From: Yuukianura sp. NJ FZ-2021
Taxonomy: Eukaryota
Assembly: GCA_046563655.1 (NCBI GenBank)
Contig: CM102289.1
Span: forward strand, 8,494,001 to 8,558,000
DNA: 64,000 nucleotides
Direction of reading: 5' to 3'
In this document: positions 39,576 to 52,500 of the stretch, piece by piece
Layout: each line of letters begins with the position of its first letter
Numbering within the stretch: position 1 is the stretch's first letter
Position numbers and translations under genes: made by a program
Notes under the pieces: model-generated
Database searches by the model: none
What the model was told of the DNA's origin: nothing
What the model saw: the letters and a program-made list of their open reading frames with translations, nothing else

Positions 39576-42500
39576 TAATTTTAAAGCGTCGTGAGTTGAT
39601 GTTTTCGACATTGTTTTTAATTCTGACACAATTTTACGTAAACTAACTATAACACTAACAGAACATAACATAAATTACCTAATCCAAACTTAATTAAGTT
39701 TCTGACTTAACATAGTTAAATATGTTAACTGTTAAATCAGAAATTTTGACTGTTTCATGTTAGCTTTTAGTTAAGTAAAAGTGCTAAAAATTTTGAAGTA
39801 CATTTTTGAGTAATTGTTTGTATGGGAAATTTCTTCCTTACTGGAGCGAGTCGAGGTCGACATGCGTTGTGAACCTAATAAAATCTTAGTCTCCACTTAA
39901 GCATAGTACGCACACACTTCCTCACTATAAATTAGTAACATAAGCGGGAAGACTTTGTAGTTTCGAAAAAGACAAAGTTCCAACCTAAGTTAAAAGTTAG
40001 AAAATTTAAAACCGTAAAATATTTCGCGGTTTTAGTCCTGAACCTATGCATATTTCTTTACTGGTTTGTTTTGAAATTTTAGGTTGTTAGTCTTTTTCAG
40101 AAAAAGTCAAAAACAAAGTTCAATATTCAGCTTGTCTAAGAGTCTAGAGGTTATTAGAATGAGCATTTCAAACATAAATTTTAGAAAACACGACAAAAAT
40201 GGGGCGGAGAATCAAATGGAACTTGGCTTTAGTAGTTCCTTGTGTTTTCTTTGCAGATTCTTCTGTTGAGATATATTTGTGCTTGGATTCTTAACTGTCA
40301 TCGGAATTGCGAAAAAGGCGGAGTGTGGCTTTGTCTTTTCAAAGTTATTCTTTCAATTTTTTTTAAACAAACTTTGCTCACAAGGAAGTTATAATTTAAG
40401 CGTTCCTATTTTTCTAAAAATTCAGGATCTTGAAGCTACTGTTAATTGGCACCATGCAGCTCTTGTTTTGTGCCATTTCAAATTGAAAGAATGCAAAATT
40501 ATAGTATTTCGCACTTCAAAGGAATAGCAAGAGGCGTAAAGAATTGGAAAGAATTTTATACCTCATTAAAGTCTCCTCTATAAATAACAGACTCACTTCT
40601 CAGTTTCGGTTCTTGAAATTTGAAACTGAAATTTCACATAAATCAACACCCTCCGAACAACATTCCTGAAATTTTGTTTTTCAAAAAACGAAAACACAAT
40701 TTTTCCGTTTTATCAAATAGGCCAACATTTGTAGCAGAAAATTTTTGAAGTTTGTTTCTCATTCTCACTTTCTCGAATTTCGGCGAAATGTGATTCTAAA
40801 ATCATGAAAACTGAAAAACTCAAAAAAAAAAATCCAAGCACTTCCAACTCAAAATCAACAAAAAAGCAAAATTTGAACAGATCTATGCAACTTTTAGTTA
40901 AATTTTACTTCTTACGTGCGAAAAAAATGTCCGTGTTAGAAGGAGGGAAGGTCAAAGGTCAAGTATAAATCATCCAATTGTTGTTGTGTGTCGTTTTTAT
41001 GTCTTTGACGGTCCTGCTTTGTTAGACACATCACTGAAGATCATCTTATAATAGAAAAATTTCATTAAATTATGCAAGGTCTTTACTTTACTCACTTGAA
41101 AGTCAAAATACAAAAACTTCAAAAGGATTTTTTTCATTGTCGTGTCGTTGTAACATAAACACTTAATTTACGAATATTGTTGTAATTTTTTTTCCAAGTT
41201 GTAGTAAAAATAATCATTTACTTTACAACAAAATAACGTGTTATTTTTGCAATTATTCAAAAAACCTTTTCCACTTTCATGGTTAACATTTACGTCATTA
41301 TGAAAACAAATTACATGGAATCTCCCCATAATCGAATCGTGTTACAACTTTATTTATTTACAGTAGATGAAAAGATGTACTTTGTATTGTAAGTATCACA
41401 GCGGATCTTTATGAATAATTTTTCCTAACCTACCTACAATAAACAACCTCCTTTTGTTATAAAAAATCAAGTTTTTTTTTTCAAAAAGTGAATTTAATTT
41501 GCAAAATTTAGAATGAATAAGACGGAAAAGCCTCTTTTTTGTACTTCCTTTTGTCATCCACTTGACCTTTAGCATAAACAATGAAAGGTCATCCATGTGA
41601 CACTCGTGTGTCACTTTGCATTACCTAATGCCACTTTTCTTAAAGGTCAAAAACAAAATCCAGCTGAAGTTGGCATCCTGACACCTCTATCAACTTCGTG
41701 CTAGTCAAGTAAACAATGCAAATTCACATTTCTGTAAAAAATGTACAAATTCAGGAAACTAAAAAAGTTTGTCTTTGTGGCTAAAAGTGAATCCATTGTT
41801 TTGTATACTTCGATCAAGGTTTTACGTAACGCCAAAATGACACCAATAGTCACTCAAACGTGATCTGCAACTGGAAAATGACATTTCAAATTTCAATTCA
41901 ATTGTTGTATTTCACAAATTTTTTGTGAATTTTTCACAAAAGTGCACCATGGATCAAATTGGTAAATTTTGTGTGGGTGAATTCGCAGAAAGTAAATCTT
42001 CTGTTAAAAGTAGCAAATCTTGTGTTGCTTCATAGACCAAAATGGCAGTAGAATTAAGAATGATAATTGCAAAGTGGTGAAAAAGGCGTGATTTCCACAA
42101 AAGGATTTTTATATTTGGTTTCAAAAAAACTGAACGCGTTTTCCGCTTGTATCTGCAGTACTTAAAACCGTGTAAAACCTACGCGTTATGACCTAAAGTA
42201 CAACTGCAGGTGAAAACAAGTTGGTTTCTGCAAATAACAAATTCTGATGATGTTGACGTACGTAGGGTTTTGGAAATTGGTAAATGTTTACAAGGTAGTT
42301 GATCTCTGGTGTTCGTTAGGCTAGGTTTTCAGTTCGGTTTTTGTTTGAGTCAAGAAAAAAGTGCAAGACAAAAACCAGACAAATGCGTTCACTTTGCTCG
42401 AAATCTTGACAATAAAGGATTTCCTGATTCTTGGATTTTACGGACGTCCATGTCCATGTCAGTTGAAAACAGGTAAAATCAGTTTCGTTTTCATTGTTAC

Positions 42501-43528
42501 AAAATTTCTTTGTTTCATGAAGTTAAAAAAGCATAATTTTTGAAGTGTTGTGCGAATGGCATTGTTTTTCCGAGTTCAATCAAACTTGAAAATCAAGCTC
42601 ACGCTAATACTGGGAAACTTATTCATTTCCGAGACTTAAAATGTTCAGCAACTGATCTCTTTACTCTTAGAAAAAATGCAAAAAAAATTACAAAAAAAAA
42701 TTATTTTTAATTAAACCTGAAACAGGATTTGATTTTTTCGAACGAAACACTCGTTAAATCTGCAGATTAGTATTTTTGCTAGAATTTTGAAAAAGAAAAT
42801 GTTATAAAGTAACCAACACTAAAGCTATTCAAAAAACGAACTTTTGTTGATGAATGTTTTTCTTAGAAATTTTTGCAATTTTGTGCCATTGACAAAAGTA
42901 CCACAACAAAAAATGGGAAGAGATGATGATAGTGTCTGTTCATAAATTTGGTGTTTTTGTGGTGAGTGACGCCGCGGACGCCAGAATGGCAAGGGCGTTT
43001 GGTGAAGATTAAATCTACGTTCAGTGTCATTGTCACTGCGCATAGCAATCAAAAGTGATGGAGAGGGCGCCAGTTGGTGCAAAAAATTTGCAAAAAAAAT
43101 GTTTGCAAAAAACTGAGTCATTAAGGATCTTGTGTAAATTGTCATATTCAATTATTTGCACTTGCGAGGAACCATTAAAAGTTGCTTCTCAAAACAATAG
43201 ACTCACTTTATCTTCACAATTCGCATTCACGGGTGTGGCTCTAGTCTTACCATTATCATTCACAGACCAGTTTGAATTGAGTTCAAGTCCACATTTTTAC
43301 GCATTTTATGCAAAAAATATAAAAAATGAAATGGAAATGCTAAACATTTGATGATGAAGGTTATTTTTTATTTGCAGAGTACCCTGAAGGCCAAGTGAAT
43401 CCGTGAACTGTTCTGAATGACGGGTGGGACCAAAGTGGGTCCGGTTCTACGGTTAGAATTGATTTGAGCCACGGTGGAACCGTGGTGGGGCGTTTCTAGA
43501 TTCACTGTGTACTCAACTAGGGCCAAAA

Positions 43529-46500
43529 ATGTTGAAATGGTTAAAACAGAAACCAGCTAGTGGACAAGATGAGACTGTGGTGGCTGCTGGAACGACAGAA
43601 AATCCATTGGCAACGATCCAAATCAACCCACCAATCACATCTTTACCAAAAACGCCTTTTAGCAAAAATTCAAACTCAAATCCAAATGAAGTTTATGCTG
43701 TGAGCAGGTTTGAAACTCAAAAAAAATCTAATTATTTCACAGAAATGCCATTTTTTCAAATTTAAATATCAGGCCCACACACTTTTTGCCGCCTATTCCT
43801 CTCCGCCTTGAATCGCATATCAAACAACTGGATCACATCAATTTATGCACGCCTGTCACTCAAGGTCTAAATTATTGTGACTTTTGAAAAAAAAAGTACC
43901 AGTTTTTACAAAAAAACGAAGAATTCTCAAAAAGATCTCCCAGAATGAAACTCATTTTACTAAAATTCAACTTAAACTGATAGCCGTTTGCAAAAAAGTT
44001 GCTTTTTAGTAAACTTTTTCTTAAAATTAAGCGACTCAAAATTTTTTTCATTTTCTTGAAATTTTGATTTTGAACAGAGTCAATCCCCTTTATGAAGAAG
44101 ATGGTGGATCCGGACTTATGTCACCCGGAATCCATTCTGGATCGTCCGGTTATGACTCTGAGCCAAGTGAAGACGACAGTCAAAACGACGCCGAATCAGA
44201 AGAATACGTTCTGCATGGCGCAACACGATCCGATCCGCTTGACATGATGCCAAATTCCCGCCTTTTTTCAAACCAAGAAGATTCATTAATCCAGCAAGAA
44301 GCAGCTACGACTCTAGTGGGCGTTCCCGGGCAAAATGTCTCTTCGGCGCCAATTTTAAACGTTGTCAAACAGAATCCTGCCTTTGTGAGCAGCATTGCGG
44401 TAGCCATTGATCCTCCCCTAACTGGTCGCCCTCTTGTGCCCATAGCCGAGTCCAAGGTCACCGGTTGGAAGTCTGTCACAGCCATTCCCGTTCCGATCCG
44501 AAACATCGATCCGCCCGCAAAACGCCCGGGAGACAAAATCGGATCGGCACGACTCATTCAACGGAATACGAACTACGTCCAGTCAATTCGGATCGTCCCG
44601 GCGTCAAAACCGTCAATTCCTTTCATTAAACGAAGCAACAGCAATCCACCAACCAGTAGAAGTACAGGCGCATCGCTTCTGCGCAAGCCTTCTGTGACAT
44701 TTTCGGATCGAGTTGATGTCGTTGATGGTAAACTGGTTCCGAGCTCACCGCGCCGACTCTCGGCCGACCAAGATTCAATAGTCACCGACTCATTGTTAAT
44801 GATGACTTCGTCTAACGGGTTGCTAGAAGCAGCTAGACATAGCCGCTCAAACTCTGGTGCAATGTTTACGCTTGCGCCGGAACTATCTGACAATGACGAG
44901 GAACAGCCAGACCCCGCCAGGATTAAACGAATTGCTGACGAGGGGTTGACATCGTTTTCGGATTCGTTAAGTCGAAACAGGATTATAAAGCAAGTAATGA
45001 CCAGGAGCAGTGCTAGTCCACCGCCACCGAATGAATCCGAAACTTCCCGAATCTCAGAGACTGAAAAATCAACGACAACGCGCAGGCCTCGGAATGTTTC
45101 GTCGGCATCCAAGTCACCTTTCGGCGGAATTGCTGACCACTATGCTAAGGAAATTGCCAAAGAAATTGAGTCTTACTCACAAGGAACAACTAAATCCACC
45201 AGAATCAGTAAGAATTTTGATTAATTTACTAAAATTTTGAACAAAAAAGTGCAAGGTTACACACGTCCTTCGCATTTTTCTGTTAAAAAAAGAGAGGACA
45301 GAAATGGCAAAAACCAATGACTCTATTAATTAATTTTTGCTGCTAATTGTCGCTCATTAAGGTCCTTATCCAAGGTCGTTTCAAAAATTTTCCAAAATTG
45401 GGAAACTAAGATTTACACAAAATTTCAGAAAAAGTAAACACATCAATTGTAATTTTTACAATGTCAACATGCTGATGAGACAAATGACAAAAAAAAAGTT
45501 TAGGCATTTTTCAAGGTTTTGAAGTCGTTTGGCCAGTAAATGACTAAAACATATTTTTTTTTCAACATGCGCAGTAAAACTGTTTAAGGTTAACTTTTAA
45601 AAAAATGCAGAACCGCAGAAACAAATTGATCCAAGTCATGCACTATTGGCAGCCCATAAAATTCAAAACTTTTGTGATATTTTCTAAAGTCAGATTTTTT
45701 CTTGAAATTTTACAGTTTTTGTTTAATAAAATTTTGAAAGGATTTCCTTGTCACGCGATTTCTAAAAAAGTTTAATGCTTGTCTAAGGTCAAGCTTTTGA
45801 GAGTAAAATTTTTAGGCCTAAATTGAAATTTGATGAAACTTGAGCTCTTTTATGTTACTTTTTGGCACGGGGAATACAAGTTTTTGCTGTTTAGTGCAAC
45901 TTTAATTATCGGGTAGCATGATTTTTGTGCAAAATGGTTTAAAATCTTCCTTGCTTTTTAGTAATTGTTGAGCCATTTAGTGCAGCGTTATTAAAATGGT
46001 TGTAAAAAGTTTCTGCACACCTTTAGCGAAATTGTTGCATGACTAGGAAGAAGAAACAGTGTACAAAAAAATAGTCAGGTTTTGAGATTTGAAATTATGT
46101 GGCGTTAAAGATTTATTTTTGGTACAAAAAAAATAACAACTAAAATGCATTACAAATGAATTTTGGACTTGATTTTACAAATTAGTTTGCAAAGCGTGAA
46201 GCGCGTGTGGTGCGATTTATGCTACTTGAAAATCTTGTTTTTACTTTGAAAAAAAATCAATTTAGTTTCACAAATATTTTCGTTTGTTTCTTTGTTGAAT
46301 GAGTGAGTTAAAACCTCCGTCTCAACTTTCTAGTTTTGCATTCCACGAACGTTTACGTTTTGGTTTTACCAAAAATTGTGCAATAAGTTGAGAAACTTAA
46401 ACGTTTTTCTCTACACAAAAGTTCATGAGCAATTTTCTTGACATTACGCAAGCGCCAGCTCATCTTGACTTGTTCTGTATTTCCTCGTGTCCTTGCCCTT

Positions 46501-49500
46501 TAGGAAGTAACGCTGAGGTGTCTCATGTTGACCAAAGGCAGGCTAGAGCAAGGTTTGTTTAACTTTGATTTTGTTTAACAGGTTGAGTAATACTTCAAGT
46601 TTTTTCGATTTTGCAAAAAAAAGTGTTCTTTTATTTCCGGGCATCGTAGTCATATATAGAACCGAATTTTTTAAATACTTACAATTTGGTACCAATTGTT
46701 TGGATTCGTATCAAAATTGCTACCAATTTCTTTTTGTCAACGAGCGAGGTAGTACTCAACCTGTTAAAGAAAATTAACTTTTCGTTGTCAATGAACCTTG
46801 GGCTAGAGGAAATCACATAGTGACTCACACGTTTCCTCAACCATCACAAAAGTTGTTGAAAAGTGACAAATTGAGATGTGCAATATTTGAATTTCCTCTT
46901 TTTCATACAGGTATGGTCAAAGACGTGCTGTTGTCAAATCGAGGTCGCGTAGGTGTTGTATCGACACCTTCCGCCAGCTCATCATCTCCTCCCTGGGCAA
47001 GCGGACAACTGCGACGACGTGACGAAGCTGACGAATTTGTGAATGCGCCTGCGCAGAGTCAAACCCTGGTCACCGCAGTGGTCCACCTCAAGTCACTGCC
47101 ACCAACGTCAAGTTCAGGACCCTCTGGGGAGTCGACCAGCAGAGGTCAACTTGTCGACGACGAGGAAACGGCAAGGACTCAGGCACAAGTGTATGTCAAG
47201 GCAAACGATTCGAGTTTCAGTAGTGTGACGATGACGAAGACTCTAAAAGACTCGGCTGTTGGCCAGCACATTTGTGGCCAACAGTATCAATTGGCAGCAT
47301 CGTCGAGTAGTCCTTTGAAACAACACGTTACGACCAAGAGGACTCTCGTTTATGACTCTCATGTTGATTCTCATTACCGCCAACATGAAGGCCAAGTTCA
47401 GGTAAACCAACTAAATTTTAGTAAAAACTTAAAGCAATCCAAATGCATTTGTACTGTTGGGTGCCGTAGCATAAGGTGTCAGAAGCTGTTGAGCTCTTAA
47501 GAAGGCATCATAGGGAGTCGTCTAGCCTATTGTCATGTTTTTGCATTGTTGTTAGTATTGTGGTCACACTTCTGGTTTTTTCTACGTACATTAACTTTTA
47601 ACAAAAGTACAATTGGATTTATTCACGCTTTGAAAAAAATTGTAGAAAAAACACCCACGCGACAACGACGCCAACCCGGAACTGAAGATTTTAAAATTTA
47701 GTGTGAAATTGGATTAAACTTGGAAACTTTGTAAAATCTGCTCACAATGAATAGAACTGCGCATGTGCTGAGCCGGAATTGTCCAGTTTCGTTTTTTGTA
47801 ATTAATTTGTGATAGTTTTTGTACAATTTGTTTTTGTTATAACTAAAAAGTTAAGTGATCATGGCAAGTCATGATTTCTTCTACGATTACGAGTACCATG
47901 ACTATGACAAATTTTATAGAAGACTAAGTGATCCATCTGAAGTATCTTCAGATAGTGGTGTACCTACACCGGATCGGGTAAATTTCAAAATTGCAACCAT
48001 TTTGAAAAATTTTGAAACTTTTTTTTTTGAAATTTTCTGATCATTGAACGCGAACCTCAACGTGAGCATTGGTAGGCCCATCAATGCTCACGTTACAATG
48101 TATGAAACATTTATGGAAAAATGCAATTTATTGAAAAATTGAAGTTGTGTTTTTTTTGTATTGTTGCGCAATCCGTTTAAAGTTTTTACCTTCGTGCTGA
48201 ATTACATTTTCAAGGAATGGATGAAAATGATCATGTTTTGGGCATGATGTTATATGAGATTTATTTTTTCAATGAGAAAGTGTAAAAATTGCTCATCTTA
48301 ATTTCCATTTTATTGAATGTTGAATAATAAACAATGATTTATTTCACTTTTATTAAAGGTTCCTATTTACGAGGCCTTGCCGCCAGGAACATCTTCACAC
48401 CTTCGCAGTCACTCCCACGATGACTCGGATTCTGGCAACTCTACGGACAGAGTAAGTCCATCGACCTTTCACTTTTTAGCACAGCATACTGCTAAAAAAA
48501 TCAACTTTTCAAAAAAAAAAATTTCAACTTTTTTTGTGAATTTAATATGAACATTTTCGGAATTGCCAATTTTTTGCAATTGAAAGATGAGTTGCAATTC
48601 TGGACGGAGCTTCTGGGCTTCGCTATCACGCTTCACCCACCTACTCAATTTTTTTTTTTGCAAATTTTTTGCAAACCTATAGTGATAATCCAAAATTTTA
48701 TGCAAATAGAGTCCAACTCAAGATCATTCGGGAGATGAAGCTCCGAAACTTCAAAAAGCCTTTGTTAGTCCAAATAGTCCAAGTTCCGAAGTGCCTCCGA
48801 CTGATCCAGTTCCTGGACACAAAGTGCTCCAGAAGCAACTACCGAGTGATATTCCTATTCCAAAAAAACTCCCGCCATCGTCATCTTCAAACGAGAAAGT
48901 GATGATAGTGTCCGGAGATAGTCAGAATATGGTGGTTGACTTAAGCGGAGTTCCGCCTGATCTGCGTGAAGCCATAATTTCTGGATCCGGTCTTGTTGCC
49001 GTACCGGACGAACTGAATCAGCGACTCGAACCGGGTTATGCAATGATAGCAATACCGCAGAATGACCACGAGTACGAAATCCTGCCTTCACCTAAACCGC
49101 ATGCGCAGACTCCGCCATATTCAAAAGAATCTTCCAAGGCTTCGGCAGAAGGACGGGACAATTATGTGGGCAAGAATTTAGCACAAGTTTGGGAGTCAAT
49201 GCAACAGAAGGGCAAAGGAAAACAGAGAATCACAACTGTCCTACCGCATCATCCTAATCCAGATTCTCATGTGAGTAAAAATTTATCATTTTATCAAAAA
49301 AGTTTTCGTAAAATTAGATTCCGAAAAAAAACCTTCAACAAAATGAAGTGTTGAAACCTCGTAATAGTTTTTAAGTAAACAAATTCCGACCACCTTTCAC
49401 ACTAGATAAAATCGGAGCTTCTTGCAAACTTTGTTTTTCTTGGAACAAAATTTTGCACTTTCATGCAATTATTCTGTAACGCCCTACGACGCTAAACAAC

Positions 49501-52500
49501 TGAAAAACACTCCACCAGACTACTCCTCTGAGTCTGCAGACTCCAGATCCCAATGACAACTGAAAATCACCACAACTGGAGAACCACCATCGATGAATAA
49601 TAAATATATGTATATATTTATTGAATCGATGGAACTGAAAAATATACAACTGATGAAACTAAAACATACTGGATCTCCCTCCGATCTCTACAAAAACCGG
49701 AAACCGACTGAACTCTATATACAATGCTCATCTCTCTCTACCACACCGCATCTCAAATCTCCCGCGACTCCACTCGCCGCATCTCTCTACAATCTCAATA
49801 AGATATAATCTTATGGCTACTAAGCCTACGCAGCAGACGCCAACACATTCCTCTCCAGATGATGGGTGTCGAGCCTGACGACCCGGGCCGACATCCATCA
49901 GCGACAAACGCCCAAGGCGGCTGCTCCGAAACTCCATCCTCCTCCTGGACATCAGCGGAGTCTTCATCATAGTCATCAGCGTAGTCATCATCCTGGTAAT
50001 CGTCCACCGCAGCATCCGATTCCTCCCGAGCGCTCCATCCAAAACGTCAGGCACTTTCACATTGTCACTCACTAAATCACTTCTCACTTTGATGGAAGTT
50101 GTCAAGACAACTCCCTTTGTATCCACATCATTACTTTTACTTTTAAAGTACATGTTCGCAAACACTGTTATTAAAAAACTGAGTCCACTACATTCCCACA
50201 AACTTTCAGCTCCTCCTTCCTTCACTTTACGGGACAGTGAGACCCTCGGCTGAACTTGTGGACAATGAGCACCACTAAAACACAAATAAGCGGAGGCCAA
50301 TAAATTGACTCCCATTAGTTGCCACAAATTCTGAGTGCCACCTTCCTTCACTTTACGGGACAGTGAGACCCAACCCCACTCAGAAATTGGAACAACAGAA
50401 TCATCACATGTTAATTTTATCACTTGAATGCACTTAAACACAATTCTTAATTTTGCTTCATTTCTCACTTTCATATTTCGTAGCACCGCAGCACTAAAAC
50501 TCTCACTTTGCAAAACTATAACGTCGCACTTCAGCACTGCCGGGCGAACATTTTCTTTAATTGTAATTCTTCGATTTAACACGTTTCTTGAAAGCTCACT
50601 TTCTGTAGCTTGAGTAACGCTGCGAGCCTCGCCGTTTGTGGCTGGGACAACGTCCTCCTCTTCTAATTTCCGAATCAACATTTTCTTCATAAGCTCACTG
50701 TTTGGAGCTTGAGTAACGCTGCGAGCCTCGCCATTTGTGGCTGGGACAACGTCCTCCTCTTCTAATTTCCGAATCAACATTTTCTTCATAAGCTCACTGT
50801 TTGGAGCTTGAGTAACGCTGCGAGCCTCGCCATTTGTGGCTGGGACAACGTACTCTGGGTTGACGCTGGAAGATTGAGGCCTCGTTTCCACACGTCCCCC
50901 TGTTGGCAGGATCCCGCAGTCTCCTCCAACACTTTTAACAAAACACTTCACAAAACCACTCAATTTCCCACTCTCTTCTTCAATTCTTGGCGGGATGAAG
51001 CACAGTACTGCCACTGCAGATAGCCAGTCACTGTCTTCGGGAGAGCCCTTGTCTAATCCACAATTTTCATCTTCTAATGGCGCTGGAATCCGCGAAAAGG
51101 CGTCCCCTTCCACAGACCTCCAGCCATCTTGACGCTTCCCTGGAACTCTCCATAACTTAATCTCAAAATCCCCCAAGTTTCTCTTCCTCTCTATCACCTT
51201 CTTCCACAAAAACACAATATTTACAAGTTGGAAGTTGCTAAAACGCAACTCCATATTTACAACACAACACTGCACTACTTCGTCCGGACACAACTTGACA
51301 CTCGGGTGAATGATGGACGAAATGTCATTCCCCTTCTTCAGTTTAAATTTTCTGGAACATCGTCAGAATTTTCATAATCATCTTCCTCTCCATATTCCCC
51401 ATAACCTTCTGAAACATCTTCCAAATTCTCCAATCGAAATGATCCAAGCGCAAAATCCACTGGCGTTGGACACTGAAACTCCTTATGACCACGCCCACTG
51501 CATCTCCAACCTATGACAGCATCTGGATCTCGAATCTGCCAATTACTACTTTGAGAACCATTAAAATGATTCTGTGGCTCACTGGCACGCACTACCACAT
51601 CACTATGTACAATATTTTCACCGATTTCCACTTCTGCACCCTCATTTTCATCACAATCTTCAATTTCAAAATTGTCGAAGCCAGTGTCACTGACTCCGTT
51701 ATGAACTTCCTCTTTTTCACAATCACTATCTTCTTTCTCACAATCACTTGCTTCTTTTTCAAAATTTACCTTCACAATTGGAGGTAATTGGTTCTTCAGT
51801 TTGTAAAGTTCATCTTCTGCGCATAGATTCGCATGTGCAACTCTACATGCTACAAACAACTGCTCAACTGTAGCATAACTGGCTGTTCCTAAGGCTGTAC
51901 GAAGCCTAGGATATAGAGCAAGCCTTGCCCTAAGCACTGAATCAGCCTCTGCTTCGTTAGGATAAATCAACTTTGCACTTTTCACCATTTCATAAATAAA
52001 CTGTTCAACTGGTTCATCCAGTTTTTGTCTTCGTGTGTGCAAGAGTCTAGTCCGCTCTGCCACATCAATCCAATTGTCATAACGTTTGACAAAAGCTTCT
52101 TTGAAATCACTCCACTCACTAACACTGATGAGCACATGCTCCAACCATGGCTGTGCTTCACTTGGCAACACTGTCTTCACTAAGTACAAAAACTGTGACT
52201 CAGCATGCCCTTGTGCTGAAAAATAACGCTCCACGTCATTCATGTATCCCTCCGCTGACATCCGCCTGGTGTCGAATTTTGGAACTGGCAATTTGGATGA
52301 CAACGAGGTGAATTTCACATTTTTCAGGGCCGTAATGAGCGCAACTGTAGCACTTGCACATTCACTTTTTACGGAGGCCGCAGCAGCGACTCCCATGGAC
52401 ACTTTTTGCACTATTTTTTCTTCCACGCCTTTCATGGCTTTGGCTACCGCAGCAGCCACTATTTTATCTACATCTTCCTGTGTGTAAGTTGCCATGGCCG

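Noticed and set aside
43773..43864. Possible cassette exon in the tail-anchored gene (poison exon or TGA readthrough)
   Set aside because: Inclusion gives a frameshift or an in-frame TGA, the donor (GTCTAA) is weak, and direct splicing of 43707 to 44078 is already in frame.
44180..45112. Minus-strand ORFs of 125 and 179 aa
   Set aside because: They are antisense shadows of the long plus-strand exon 44078-45207. The same applies to the ORFs opposite the flamingo, P450 and gag coding regions.
49728..51293. ORF2 as an envelope gene
   Set aside because: There is no signal peptide, no furin site with fusion peptide and no clear C-terminal TM anchor. It occupies the pol position and frame.
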